The notes under the pieces: model-generated
The model's input: the letters and a program-made list of their open reading frames with translations, nothing else
What the model was told of the DNA's origin: nothing
Databases searched by the model: none
Shown here: positions 35,197 to 44,142 of the stretch, in pieces
Numbering within the stretch: position 1 is the first letter of the stretch
How the letters are laid out: every line of letters begins with the position of its first letter
Made by a program: the position numbers and the translations under genes
Assembly (NCBI GenBank): GCA_027319905.1
Contig: DAHVMJ010000001.1
Location: forward strand, 97,421 to 161,420
Direction: 5' to 3'
DNA from: Candidatus Micrarchaeota archaeon
Lineage (GTDB): Archaea; Micrarchaeota; Micrarchaeia; Micrarchaeales; CABMGC01
Length of the DNA stretch: 64,000 nt

Positions 35197-38187
35197 CTAG
35201 GGCCCCGCTTTCAGCATCAAGCTGACCTCGTGCTTCCTGCCGCCCACGTTGGCTAGTTCTTGTTCGAATTTCTCGATGCGAGGGTTGACCTTGATGTAGC
35301 CTTCGGCAATCATCTCCTTTTGCGTAATCATTCTTGCAGCCATCTTGAGCACCCTCTTCTCTTCGCTCAGTTCAGGCTTCTCCATCGTAACCTTGGCCAA
35401 GCCGAATCCCCTCAGGCTCTGGCTTGTCGGGAAGCCTGCCAGAGTGGCAAAGTCATTTATCGGCGAAGACGATGGCCCTGTCATCGAAGCATTGTTGTCG
35501 CTTAACACCACCTCGTACACGTGGGCGTCGGCAGCAAACCGCAGATGCGCCTCCGTGCCGATCTTGTCTCCTAACTGCGGAGGATTCACGTGCCCGGCTA
35601 GAGTTGGATAGATGCCCATGAGCCTGATGGTCCCAATGCTGGTGTCGCCTCCAGGCAGCGCCTTTATCTCAATTACGTCAAATCTCCCCTTTTTCCCCTC
35701 AAACATCATCTCTGCGTCCAGGGACTCGTCCCTCGTCCTCCCGACCCAAAACTTGTTTCCGTGCTGGCCCGAAGCGGCGAAGATGGCATCAACCATTTCC
35801 ACGAGCGGTGTCATCATGGTCTTGAACTTGGCCTCCTGCTCCTGCGGGCTGTGTATTGGCCTTTTGTCCAACAGATAAGCTTTGTACTCGTTCGCCTCCC
35901 TTTCAAATTCCGGCGTGCCCTTTCTCAGCCCCTCTTTCAGCAGCTGCTGCTCGTACTTCTGCACATTGCTCAGGCGTATCTCGTCGTTAAGCTCATTAGT
36001 TATGTCATGGTGCCCAGGCTCTCCATTGTCCCCTCCAAGGAATATGTACAACGGTGTATCTGGTACAGCCCTGTCCTTCAACCAGCCAACAAGGCCATTC
36101 ACCAAACTTTCTGTCGGGAGACCCCTCCCGCTGGTTCCAACGTGGAGATCGTTTAAGAACAGAACCATGAATTCATTTGCGCTGCCCTGTATCACCCCTG
36201 GTGTCACGTGCTCCTCGCACCACTGGGCCATCTTCTTCAATCCGTTGTTGAGCCCGTGCAGTTTCCCTGACTCTATCGCGGCGGCGAGTTTGTTGATGCC
36301 CGCTCTGTCCTTGGTGTCCACGCCGTTGTAAACGAGCAGCTTTCCGAGGAGTTCATCGTTCAACTCGCTTGGCAGTTTGTGCATGAGCTGAAGCATGTCT
36401 TTGTTGTCTACTGCGCTTCTTGCCGTCTCATTTGGCGTAAACTTTCTGAGCCTCTCTGCAAAGAGCTTAGCCTGCGCATCCTTCCTCTTGTTTGCCTGGT
36501 TCTCAAGGTAGTACGACGAAAGGAAGGTTTGAGTGGCCTGGAGGTCGTCGAACTGTATCTCGAAGAACCCTGAACTGGCGTGCCTCCTTGCAAACATCTC
36601 AGTTACGTTTGTCTTTATTTTCTTGTTCCACGCCTCGCCGAGCCTGCCAACATCAAACACCGGCGGCGCCCTTATCTGGTAGACGAAATGGGGGCTGCGG
36701 TCTGCGACTGGTTCCGCTGTGACGGTTCCCTGGGCGGAGTGCCCCATTATTACAAATCTCAGCTCCCCAGGCGTTGCCTTGTTCAACTTCATCCTCGTGA
36801 GCCTTGTCAGCTCCTCCTTGTTGTTCGCTTTGTAGTTCGCGGACGTGTTGGTGGGGTTGTCAGAGAGTCTTATCACCGCATTGCCGATAGCGAGCTCGTT
36901 GATGTTTTCTTCCATTATGTCTATCGGCATTCTCCTTCCGAATGCATTCCTTAGGTGCGTAAGTACCTCTGCCCTTGCTATCTCCCATGCAAGATCCTCA
37001 AGGGAGTGGCTGCCCCAGTAGTTACGCGTGTACCTCTCCCCCTTTTCGAGATAGTTATGTATTACTTCGTCAGCCTGCTTCTTGCTTCTCTCGATCTCAG
37101 AATAGCCGTACTTCTTGATCGCGTTTGTCAGCACCCTCGCCTGTTTGGTCAGCGCCTTATACCTTTCCAGCTTCTTCTCAATATCCAGTTTCGCTTCAGG
37201 GCGCATCTCATTTCCATCGGCATTTTTTCTCTTTTTCAAGGACGGATTGACGTGCAGCCGTTCCTGCGCACGCATCACCTTCGCCTTTTCTTCTTGCAGT
37301 GCCGTCTCGATTTTCGCCCTTCCTTCCACCCCGATGGCACCTGAAACACGCTTCAGGAAGTTCTCGTCGTAAATGTTAGTTCCGAAGACCTTGGCCATGG
37401 CTGCAAGTTCCATGTCTTTATGTTCCCAGAACCATAGCGCCTCTATGGCATTGTATAGCTTGGTGGTCTGCTTGTAGTCGTCAGCCTCTTCCTTGTTCTG
37501 CCTGATTTTTTCTGTCAGCTTCCGTAGGCTTCGTTCCAAATCATTCCTCTGCGTAGCTTCCAGAAGTGGATTTTCGAGTTCCTTCTTCGCCGTCATCTCG
37601 GACTCTTGGCAGTCCCTTATCGTCGCCTCGTTCTCCGCAATCTTGCTCTCGTAGCGGTTTCTTATCTCCTGCATGCCCGCAGGCCAGTACCTGTATACAC
37701 CGACCACCCTGTCGTATATCCTTTTCTTGTTCTCGTGATCATTGACGTCAATAACATAGCTTATCTGTGTGTCCGGACTCTTTTCGTGTATCTGGCCCAT
37801 CATCCTGCTGAGGTCGGATTTAATCGCAATTACTGCTTCGTCCAGGGAGCTTACCTGGCTCATTACGGCGCGCATTATGTCCAGCCCGCCCTTGGATATG
37901 AACGCAGGCAGTTTCGGAAGTACGCCGCCACCCACGAAGGCTATAAGGTTCGGGGCCTTTCCGGCCTCAATCTGCTCGGAGAGCTCAACGTCCATTCCCA
38001 GCATGTTAGCGTGACTAAAGTAAACTGTGCCTCCGCCTAGGTTTCCGACAACCCACATCTTCTTGAGATCGCCGAAAGATGTAGAATTAGGTTTCTTCAG
38101 TGTCGACTCCAGTTCTTCGAAGAGGGCAGCTTTTTGTCTCTCTGTTGGGCTGTCAGTTCCGGCAGAATCCGCCTGCTCACCAACCAA
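35197..38187 (-). CDS. 996-aa protein of unknown function (tandem metallophosphoesterase-like halves plus a coiled-coil insert)
   Basis: Uninterrupted 2,991-nt ORF. C-half motifs are LNDLHVG, LGGDNGE, SGQHGNK, LAGHV and ADAHVY. The N-half carries degenerate copies, with a charged helical segment at aa ~172-385. Confidence 0.8.
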   Translation of the reverse strand: MVGEQADSAGTDSPTERQKAALFEELESTLKKPNSTSFGDLKKMWVVGNLGGGTVYFSHANMLGMDVELSEQIEAGKAPNLIAFVGGGVLPKLPAFISKGGLDIMRAVMSQVSSLDEAVIAIKSDLSRMMGQIHEKSPDTQISYVIDVNDHENKKRIYDRVVGVYRYWPAGMQEIRNRYESKIAENEATIRDCQESEMTAKKELENPLLEATQRNDLERSLRKLTEKIRQNKEEADDYKQTTKLYNAIEALWFWEHKDMELAAMAKVFGTNIYDENFLKRVSGAIGVEGRAKIETALQEEKAKVMRAQERLHVNPSLKKRKNADGNEMRPEAKLDIEKKLERYKALTKQARVLTNAIKKYGYSEIERSKKQADEVIHNYLEKGERYTRNYWGSHSLEDLAWEIARAEVLTHLRNAFGRRMPIDIMEENINELAIGNAVIRLSDNPTNTSANYKANNKEELTRLTRMKLNKATPGELRFVIMGHSAQGTVTAEPVADRSPHFVYQIRAPPVFDVGRLGEAWNKKIKTNVTEMFARRHASSGFFEIQFDDLQATQTFLSSYYLENQANKRKDAQAKLFAERLRKFTPNETARSAVDNKDMLQLMHKLPSELNDELLGKLLVYNGVDTKDRAGINKLAAAIESGKLHGLNNGLKKMAQWCEEHVTPGVIQGSANEFMVLFLNDLHVGTSGRGLPTESLVNGLVGWLKDRAVPDTPLYIFLGGDNGEPGHHDITNELNDEIRLSNVQKYEQQLLKEGLRKGTPEFEREANEYKAYLLDKRPIHSPQEQEAKFKTMMTPLVEMVDAIFAASGQHGNKFWVGRTRDESLDAEMMFEGKKGRFDVIEIKALPGGDTSIGTIRLMGIYPTLAGHVNPPQLGDKIGTEAHLRFAADAHVYEVVLSDNNASMTGPSSSPINDFATLAGFPTSQSLRGFGLAKVTMEKPELSEEKRVLKMAARMITQKEMIAEGYIKVNPRIEKFEQELANVGGRKHEVSLMLKAGP

Positions 38188-38410
38188 TCAATCTCTCCCC
38201 AGATAACCTAAGTCTAAAAGACAGCGCAAGTTTATAAAGCGTCTTTTTGAGAATCTTTCTTGTGATAAACAAAAATAGTATTTTGTATACGTCAAAAGAG
38301 CAAATTCTGCATTCTCGCTTAACATCTCGAGGTTGGGATTCGACGTTCCACTATTCTAGAAAACTTATAAATGTATTAGTAGAGTATAGTAGTGGCGACA
38401 AGGCGAGAAA

Positions 38411-38689
38411 ATGAAGCTTTCTGAGATTTACAGGATGGACATATACAGCGATTCGGGTCAGTATCTTGGCGAAGTACAGGACATAATAGTAGACCTCGAG
38501 AAGGGCGAGGTGAGCCGGCTTCTCATGATACCCATGAAGGGAATGAAGGGCGACATGAGGAGAACGCTAATGCAGAAGAGTGTCCTCTACAAGAGCGTGA
38601 AGAACATAGGCGATGTGGTTCTTGTGGCAGCTCCTTCAGTTGGCGGACAGGAAACTTCAAAAGAGGAGGTAAACGACCTCTCAAGATAG
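38411..38689 (+). CDS. PRC-barrel domain protein
   Basis: 92 aa. M.IYSDSGQYLGEVQDIIVDLEKGEVSRLLM matches the PRC-barrel pattern. Confidence 0.75.
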   Translation: MKLSEIYRMDIYSDSGQYLGEVQDIIVDLEKGEVSRLLMIPMKGMKGDMRRTLMQKSVLYKSVKNIGDVVLVAAPSVGGQETSKEEVNDLSR

Positions 38690-38702
38690 CAGCCACGCAC
38701 TT

Positions 38703-39374
38703 CTACAGCGCTGTCATCCTTTTTGGCCCTATGTTTAGGCTAGCCCTGACTGTGTCAGCTATCTCCTCGTGTATCGCGCCTACGCTCCTGGTTCCATCGA
38801 TGCGCACCCACCTCTTGGCTCCCCATCCTTCGGCCATCATCCTTTCGTAAACGCCATTCACTCGTTCCTGCAGCAGCGTGTCTTCCTCGTGCCTGTCCAT
38901 GCCCCTCCCCTCGGCTTTCCGCTGCGCTTCCTTCCTCAGCATCGCTATTTCTGGCGGAACGTGTATGAAGAAGACTATATCTGGATCAGCGAGCCCCGAG
39001 GACTCCTCTCTGCGCTTCGCCTCGTCATAGTCGTATCCCTGAGACGTCTGGTAGGCCATCGTGCTGAGCTTGCTTCTGTCCCATATGACAACCGTACCAG
39101 CTTCTCTATGCTTGCTGATCAGGTCAATGTCCTCCTGCTGGTCCTTCATGAACTCGTCGAACAGGTCGCTGACGTTTAGAGTTATCACCTTGTCCAGGTG
39201 CTTCTTTATCACCTTTCCGTGCTCTCCCTCGTATTTTGGATACGAATAGAGCTTGGTGGGGAAGCCCTCGCCTGCCAGCCTCTCCGCGAGAAGCAGACTC
39301 TGCTTTCCCTTCCCAGCCCCGTCCCCGCCCTCTATCGCTACAAGCAGTCCAGTCACAACAACCCCCAAGTCCAA
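38703..39374 (-). CDS. tmk: thymidylate kinase
   Basis: 223 aa. P-loop VAIEGGDGAGKGKQS, WDRS (DRY-like) and a lid region with R/K. Confidence 0.8.
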   Translation of the reverse strand: MDLGVVVTGLLVAIEGGDGAGKGKQSLLLAERLAGEGFPTKLYSYPKYEGEHGKVIKKHLDKVITLNVSDLFDEFMKDQQEDIDLISKHREAGTVVIWDRSKLSTMAYQTSQGYDYDEAKRREESSGLADPDIVFFIHVPPEIAMLRKEAQRKAEGRGMDRHEEDTLLQERVNGVYERMMAEGWGAKRWVRIDGTRSVGAIHEEIADTVRASLNIGPKRMTAL

Positions 39375-39466
39375 GATAGTTGGTGCGAACGCTTTTTACT
39401 GCTTGCTGTTGGCTTTTTTCCCGCGTGTAAACAAACGTGTGCCAACTTGCAAATTTATCGGACATG

Positions 39467-39475
39467 TTTATAAAA
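39467..39475 (+). promoter_or_regulatory. TATA box (TTTATAAAA) for the second tmk-like gene
   Basis: It lies 41 nt upstream of GTG 39508. Confidence 0.4.
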
Positions 39476-39507
39476 GTGTTCAGAGAAGTTTCGTACGTGC
39501 ATCGGGG

Positions 39508-40116
39508 GTGGCTGTGAGACAGGGCGCGTTCATCGTTCTCGAGGGGCTCGACGGATCTGGCATATCGTCGCAAGCGACATTTTTGGAGACGCACCTGCGG
39601 AAACAGGGCTACAAGACACTCCTCACCAAGGAGCCCACAGGCGGACTGATAGGAGGCATGATAAGGGAGGCGCTAAAGCAGGACTGGAAGACATCGTACA
39701 AGTCCCTCCAGTTGCTGTTCTGTGCCGACCGCGCCAGGCACCTGGAGGAGGAGATAGAACCCGCGCTTGAAGCAGACAGGATTGTCGTCTGCGACAGGTA
39801 CATGTTCTCCACGCTTGCCTACGGCTTCGCCGCTGGCGTGGACACGCACTGGCTCTTCAACGTAAACCGCGAGTTCAGGCTACCAGACCTTACCATATTC
39901 ATTGACATAAGCCCTGACATATCCCTCTCAAGGATCGCGAAGGGCCGAGAGAAAAGGGAGCTCTTCGAGAAAAGAGAAGCGCTGAGTAAGGTCAGGAAGG
40001 CGTATCTAAATCTCGCAAAGAGATTCAGATTCAAGATAGTCAACGGGGAGAATGGTGTGGAGGAGACGAGCAGGGACGTGCAGCAGATAGTTGACGGGTT
40101 CCTCACCAGAAGGTAG
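39508..40116 (+). CDS. thymidylate-kinase-like paralog with an altered P-loop (GSGISS)
   Basis: GTG start (VAVRQGAFIVLEGLDGSGISSQ), TKEPTGG, CDRYMFSTLAY and LPDLTIFIDISP fit the Tmk fold. The P-loop Lys is replaced by Ile (ATA). Confidence 0.7.
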   Translation: MAVRQGAFIVLEGLDGSGISSQATFLETHLRKQGYKTLLTKEPTGGLIGGMIREALKQDWKTSYKSLQLLFCADRARHLEEEIEPALEADRIVVCDRYMFSTLAYGFAAGVDTHWLFNVNREFRLPDLTIFIDISPDISLSRIAKGREKRELFEKREALSKVRKAYLNLAKRFRFKIVNGENGVEETSRDVQQIVDGFLTRR

Positions 40117-40155
40117 AGGGCAAGCAATAAATAAGCGGAGAGCCAACTAGCATCC

Positions 40156-40230
40156 GCTCCCATCGTCTAGTCCGGCCAAGGACATAGGGCTTTCAACCCT
40201 GTAACCCGGGTTCAAATCCCGGTGGGAGCA
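40156..40230 (+). tRNA. tRNA-Glu (UUC)
   Basis: GCTCCCA/TGGGAGC acceptor, anticodon loop CTTTCAA, T arm CCGGG-TTCAAAT-CCCGG, 75 nt. Confidence 0.95.
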
Positions 40231-40283
40231 GCGTCTTTCTGCCAATATTTAAATAGGTCGAGGAACCAGCCCCCTTGTTTCAG

Positions 40284-40964
40284 ATGCCTACTTTTGAAAC
40301 TCCACTGCCCACGTTGTCACTGCTCGATAACAAGGTGACGTTTGTCAGCGGAGGCGCAAAACTAAGCGGCATCCTGGCCGAGCCGAGGGATGGCGGAAGG
40401 TCGATTGTTATAATGTGCCACGGTAGCCCTGGAAACAAGGATGCAAGCAAATACGCCAACCTGGCGAAGGAGCTCAGGGATATCGGAATAGCAAGCCTCA
40501 GATTCGATTTTGCAGGGCACGGAGAGAGCAATGGCGGTGCATACTATTTTGACGACAAGATAGGCAGGTCCAACCTCAAGTCCGCAGTAGACTATGTTTC
40601 TGCCATGGGCTACGCATTGAATCAGATAGGGATAGTGGGGTCAAGCGTTGGCGCGCGGATAGCGCTAAAATACGCTGCCGGAACTCCAGGACTCGGAGCG
40701 CTTGTGTTTAGAGCGATAGTGACAGACGGCAGGTCTTGGGAGCATGCCGAGAAGATCAAAACGCCGACAATGTTTATCTGCGGCTCAAAAGACGGAGTCG
40801 TGTCGCTTGAAGAAGAGAAGCAGTTCTTCAAGGCGTTCACCTGCCAAAAGGAGCTTTCTGTAATAAAAGGGGGCAGGCACAGATGCTCAGACCCAAAGCA
40901 CGTAGCGCAGTTTGTGTCTATGTCAACACAGTGGCTCAAACAGAACCTGCCTGCAAGGACATAG
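40284..40964 (+). CDS. alpha/beta hydrolase (dienelactone-hydrolase-like)
   Basis: Nucleophile elbow GSSVGA, HG oxyanion region (MCHGSPG), and a late D and H. Confidence 0.8.
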   Translation: MPTFETPLPTLSLLDNKVTFVSGGAKLSGILAEPRDGGRSIVIMCHGSPGNKDASKYANLAKELRDIGIASLRFDFAGHGESNGGAYYFDDKIGRSNLKSAVDYVSAMGYALNQIGIVGSSVGARIALKYAAGTPGLGALVFRAIVTDGRSWEHAEKIKTPTMFICGSKDGVVSLEEEKQFFKAFTCQKELSVIKGGRHRCSDPKHVAQFVSMSTQWLKQNLPART

Positions 40965-41058
40965 TGCCGCTCGAACGTCACCTGTGGATACTCACAGTAG
41001 GGCTTTTCGTATAAACGATTATATTACTTCATCTGCGAACCATAATCGGGGCGGTTGC

Positions 41059-41415
41059 TTGATTCTGAAGGATTCGGGGAAGAAGCAGGTTTTTGGTTCC
41101 GGAGCGCAAAGAGATTCAAGGGAAGGAAAGGGAAGGTACGATCTCATACCAAACACGGCCTTGCGCAGGCTCGCGATAATATACGAAAAAGGAGCGCAGA
41201 AATACGGCGAGCGCAACTGGGAGAAGGGGATGCCCGTATCAAGGTTCCTGGATTCGGCACTGCGTCACATAAACCAACACATAGAGGGCAAGCGCGACGA
41301 GGACCACCTGGCCCATGCTATGTGGAACATCGCAGGCGCGATACACACAGAGGAGATGATCTCCAAAGGCAAGCTGAATGGCAAACTTGCCGATCTACCC
41401 AACCATATTGATTAG
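41059..41415 (+). CDS. small all-alpha NTP-pyrophosphohydrolase-like protein (phage-type dATP/dGTP diphosphohydrolase N-domain-like)
   Basis: GKGRYDLIP..ALRRLA.IYEKGAQKYGERNWEKG...FLDSALRHINQHIEG..DEDHLAHAMWNI. I recognise this motif string from memory as a phage or prophage family. The start is uncertain (TTG 41059). Confidence 0.6.
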   Translation: MILKDSGKKQVFGSGAQRDSREGKGRYDLIPNTALRRLAIIYEKGAQKYGERNWEKGMPVSRFLDSALRHINQHIEGKRDEDHLAHAMWNIAGAIHTEEMISKGKLNGKLADLPNHID

Positions 41416-41425
41416 GTGCGGCGCG

Positions 41426-42112
41426 ATGCCTACGCACGGCCCCCTATACAAACTCGCAGCGTTCGATGGCATCAGGCGGAAGGACATCGAGATAGACGTG
41501 ACAAAATCCGCATCTTCGTTTTCTTCTCTGGGAGACGGACTCAAGACAGTCCTTCGCTCCGTGCTTAGCAATCAGGCTCTTGGTATAACCGATGTCGTAG
41601 AATTTGGGGCCGGTAAGCTGAAGAACGCACCATTCGTGCTGGGAATGGGGAAAAACCTCTGCGCCGTAGAGTTTGAGAGGTTAAGCTCTAACGAGATAGC
41701 ACAACGCAACTACTCGATATGCCAGCGCTACAGCGACAAGTTCAGAAGAATCACACCAGAGAATTTCGCCTTCGACAAGCAAAAATACGATCTTGCCCTA
41801 CTGGTAAATGTCCTTGCCACGATTCCGCGCAGAGAGGACCGCGTCCTCGCTCTCGAAAGAATACACGATAAGGTTCGCGACGGCAAGTTTGCACTTGTCT
41901 TTTGGCTGAAGAACGACGACCGCTATGAACAGCAATTAGCTGAGGGGAAAAGATGTAACGACGGCGTGTGGCTAGGCGAAGGCAGGAAGTACCAGACCTT
42001 CTACAGGCGCTATCTGCCTTCGGAAGTTATCGCCCTCATGCATGATGCCGGCTTCGTGCCGTTTAACCGCTTCTACGCGGAAACGAACCACGCGATACTG
42101 TTTAGGAGATGA
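41426..42112 (+). CDS. class I SAM-dependent methyltransferase
   Basis: Start at ATG 41426. Motif I VVEFGAGKLKN, and post-I/IV-like DLALLVNVLATIP. Confidence 0.75.
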   Translation: MPTHGPLYKLAAFDGIRRKDIEIDVTKSASSFSSLGDGLKTVLRSVLSNQALGITDVVEFGAGKLKNAPFVLGMGKNLCAVEFERLSSNEIAQRNYSICQRYSDKFRRITPENFAFDKQKYDLALLVNVLATIPRREDRVLALERIHDKVRDGKFALVFWLKNDDRYEQQLAEGKRCNDGVWLGEGRKYQTFYRRYLPSEVIALMHDAGFVPFNRFYAETNHAILFRR

Positions 42113-42207
42113 GCTCCTGAACAAATTGTAAATGTTCTAGTTAAATCGGCGCTGCGGTGTGTCGCGCCACCGCCTATGATAAAAAGCTTCAGCAACAACA
42201 TAGTATC

Positions 42208-43080
42208 ATGAAGAGAGACCACATAGCGAAAGCAGCAGCACGCGAACTCGAGGCGGGAGGTTTTGCCACAGTGCTAGCGAGCAACATGCACACTTTTGCC
42301 GATGTGTTCGCCCAGGGAGCGGGAGGCAAGCTCATAATCAAGGCTGTGCACAACATCGACTCAGTGACCAGGAAGGAGGCTGTGGACCTCTTCAGGCTCT
42401 CCCAGTTCATCGGCGCCGAGCCGTTGGTGGTCGGGGAGAAATCAAAAGAGAGCAGGCTCAAGCGCGGGGTGAGCTACTACCGCTTTTCCATTCGTTGCAT
42501 CTCTCCCGAAATGCTGGCCGATATCACGGCAAACCCTACTCCTCTCCTCGCTTCAAAGTCCGTAGGTCTGAAGGTAAGGATAGACGGTACGCGACTTAGG
42601 AAGTTGCGTAAGATGTCAGGTGCTGGCATCTCCGAGCTAGCACGCGCAGTGAAGATATCGAGTTCGACACTCTACAAACACGAACACGAAACGAGCTACG
42701 CTGCTGCAGTGACAGTATCGAAGCTCGAGAGAGTCTTGGGCGAGTCAATAAAGGCCGAGGGCTCCCAGCTTTACAAGAGAGTGCCCTTGCACTCAGGCAG
42801 GCTGGAAAAGACGGGGCTGCGTGCACTCAGACTGAACAGCGCGCCTTTCGATATAGTCGCAAAAAACAGAAACTACTTTGAGATAAGTCTCGACGCCAAC
42901 TCCAGGACAATGGCAAAACGCGCCGCATTCTTCAGCGAGATCAGAGAGAGATTCGAGAATAACTACCCCTTCTTCATCAGCAGCATGAAGAAGAGCAAAG
43001 TGCTCGGCGTTCCTGTGATCGGCAAAAAAGATATGGCCGCCATAGAGTCCGAAGACGAGCTGTTGAATCTTGTGTACTAG
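42208..43080 (+). CDS. COG1395-type archaeal HTH (XRE-like) regulator
   Basis: 290 aa from ATG 42208. Central HTH LRKLRKMSGAGISELARAVKISSSTLYKHE between conserved N and C domains. Confidence 0.7.
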   Translation: MKRDHIAKAAARELEAGGFATVLASNMHTFADVFAQGAGGKLIIKAVHNIDSVTRKEAVDLFRLSQFIGAEPLVVGEKSKESRLKRGVSYYRFSIRCISPEMLADITANPTPLLASKSVGLKVRIDGTRLRKLRKMSGAGISELARAVKISSSTLYKHEHETSYAAAVTVSKLERVLGESIKAEGSQLYKRVPLHSGRLEKTGLRALRLNSAPFDIVAKNRNYFEISLDANSRTMAKRAAFFSEIRERFENNYPFFISSMKKSKVLGVPVIGKKDMAAIESEDELLNLVY

Positions 43081-43932
43081 CTACACCATGAACAGCACTA
43101 CGTTGCCGAAGAAGAGCGAGATCACGATTCCTATGAGAATGAACAGGGCCAACGGCGCAGCGTTCCTGTAAACCGGCAGCCGCATCTTCGCGCTCCTCAG
43201 CCTTTTGACTAGGTCTCGGGTGGCCAGCCTTCCGAACCCAGCGTACTTCGAGAAGTAGCGCATCTCCCTAGAGCTCATCATGTTGAATGCGATTATGTCA
43301 CCCTCCTCTAGCTTTGTGGTCGGCATGCTTTCTATCATTCTGGAGGTTATCTCTTCCTCGAACACTAGAGTAAATGCAGAAGGCACGGCAACAACAAGTA
43401 TCAGGATAAGTCTTCCCGGGTCAAAACCGTAGAAGTAGAAGATGAAGAGAAGCAGGAGCAGGTAGAGCACGAGGAGGGACACGCCGTAGTATACGTGTTT
43501 GGCGTCAGGCTTCTTAGCCCACTCCTTCTTCATGAAGAGCAGATAATAGATCGGCACGATCCATATCGCCGCGAAGCCCGTTCCAACGAATACGGAAAGG
43601 ATGAACGGAAGGCCAAGCTGCCCGATCGCTGTGAAGAAAGGGGTGGGCTGCACGGGTATCACCAGGCTTATGGCCATCAGCTCGAAGTAATCGCCCGCAC
43701 CCCAAAGCCCAAGCCTGTAAACTGTGTAGCCTATGACACCCACTACCATCGCAACCACCAGGCTGAATACTATGTCGCTCTGGTGGAATGCAAACGTTAT
43801 CACGAGCCCTGCTGCAACACTCACGTATGCAAACACGTCAGGCACATTTCTCTTGTTGAAGACATCGAACGCTGCGTACAGCACAGATATCGCCAAGAGT
43901 GCGAGCAGTGAGACCAACATCGAAATGTCCAT
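43081..43932 (-). CDS. archaeal prepilin/preflagellin peptidase (PibD/FlaK, A24 family)
   Basis: Two catalytic Asp contexts, FDVFNKRNVPD and WGAGDYFEL, in a polytopic membrane protein. I chose the start at MDISMLV. Confidence 0.8.
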   Translation of the reverse strand: MDISMLVSLLALLAISVLYAAFDVFNKRNVPDVFAYVSVAAGLVITFAFHQSDIVFSLVVAMVVGVIGYTVYRLGLWGAGDYFELMAISLVIPVQPTPFFTAIGQLGLPFILSVFVGTGFAAIWIVPIYYLLFMKKEWAKKPDAKHVYYGVSLLVLYLLLLLFIFYFYGFDPGRLILILVVAVPSAFTLVFEEEITSRMIESMPTTKLEEGDIIAFNMMSSREMRYFSKYAGFGRLATRDLVKRLRSAKMRLPVYRNAAPLALFILIGIVISLFFGNVVLFMV

Positions 43933-44142
43933 AGGCTCCACGATTATCAGTACAAAAGATTTAAATATCATTAACGCGAGAACATAAAATACTGTGTTCG
44001 TATGCAAAGCTGCGAGAGAACAATGCTGTGGCACTACTCATCCTCAAGGATAGCCATAGGCATGCCTCTGACATGCTACTTTGTAAATAACATTAAGCCC
44101 ACGGCGTAAGGGCTAACATCTGTCTGTCTTCTTGGTGCTCTT

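Noticed and set aside
40231-43080. Calling the tRNA-Glu-adjacent genes an integrated mobile element or provirus
   Set aside because: No integrase, recombinase or capsid-like gene is present. I found no direct repeat of the tRNA-Glu 3' end downstream. It is kept only as a candidate acquired cassette.
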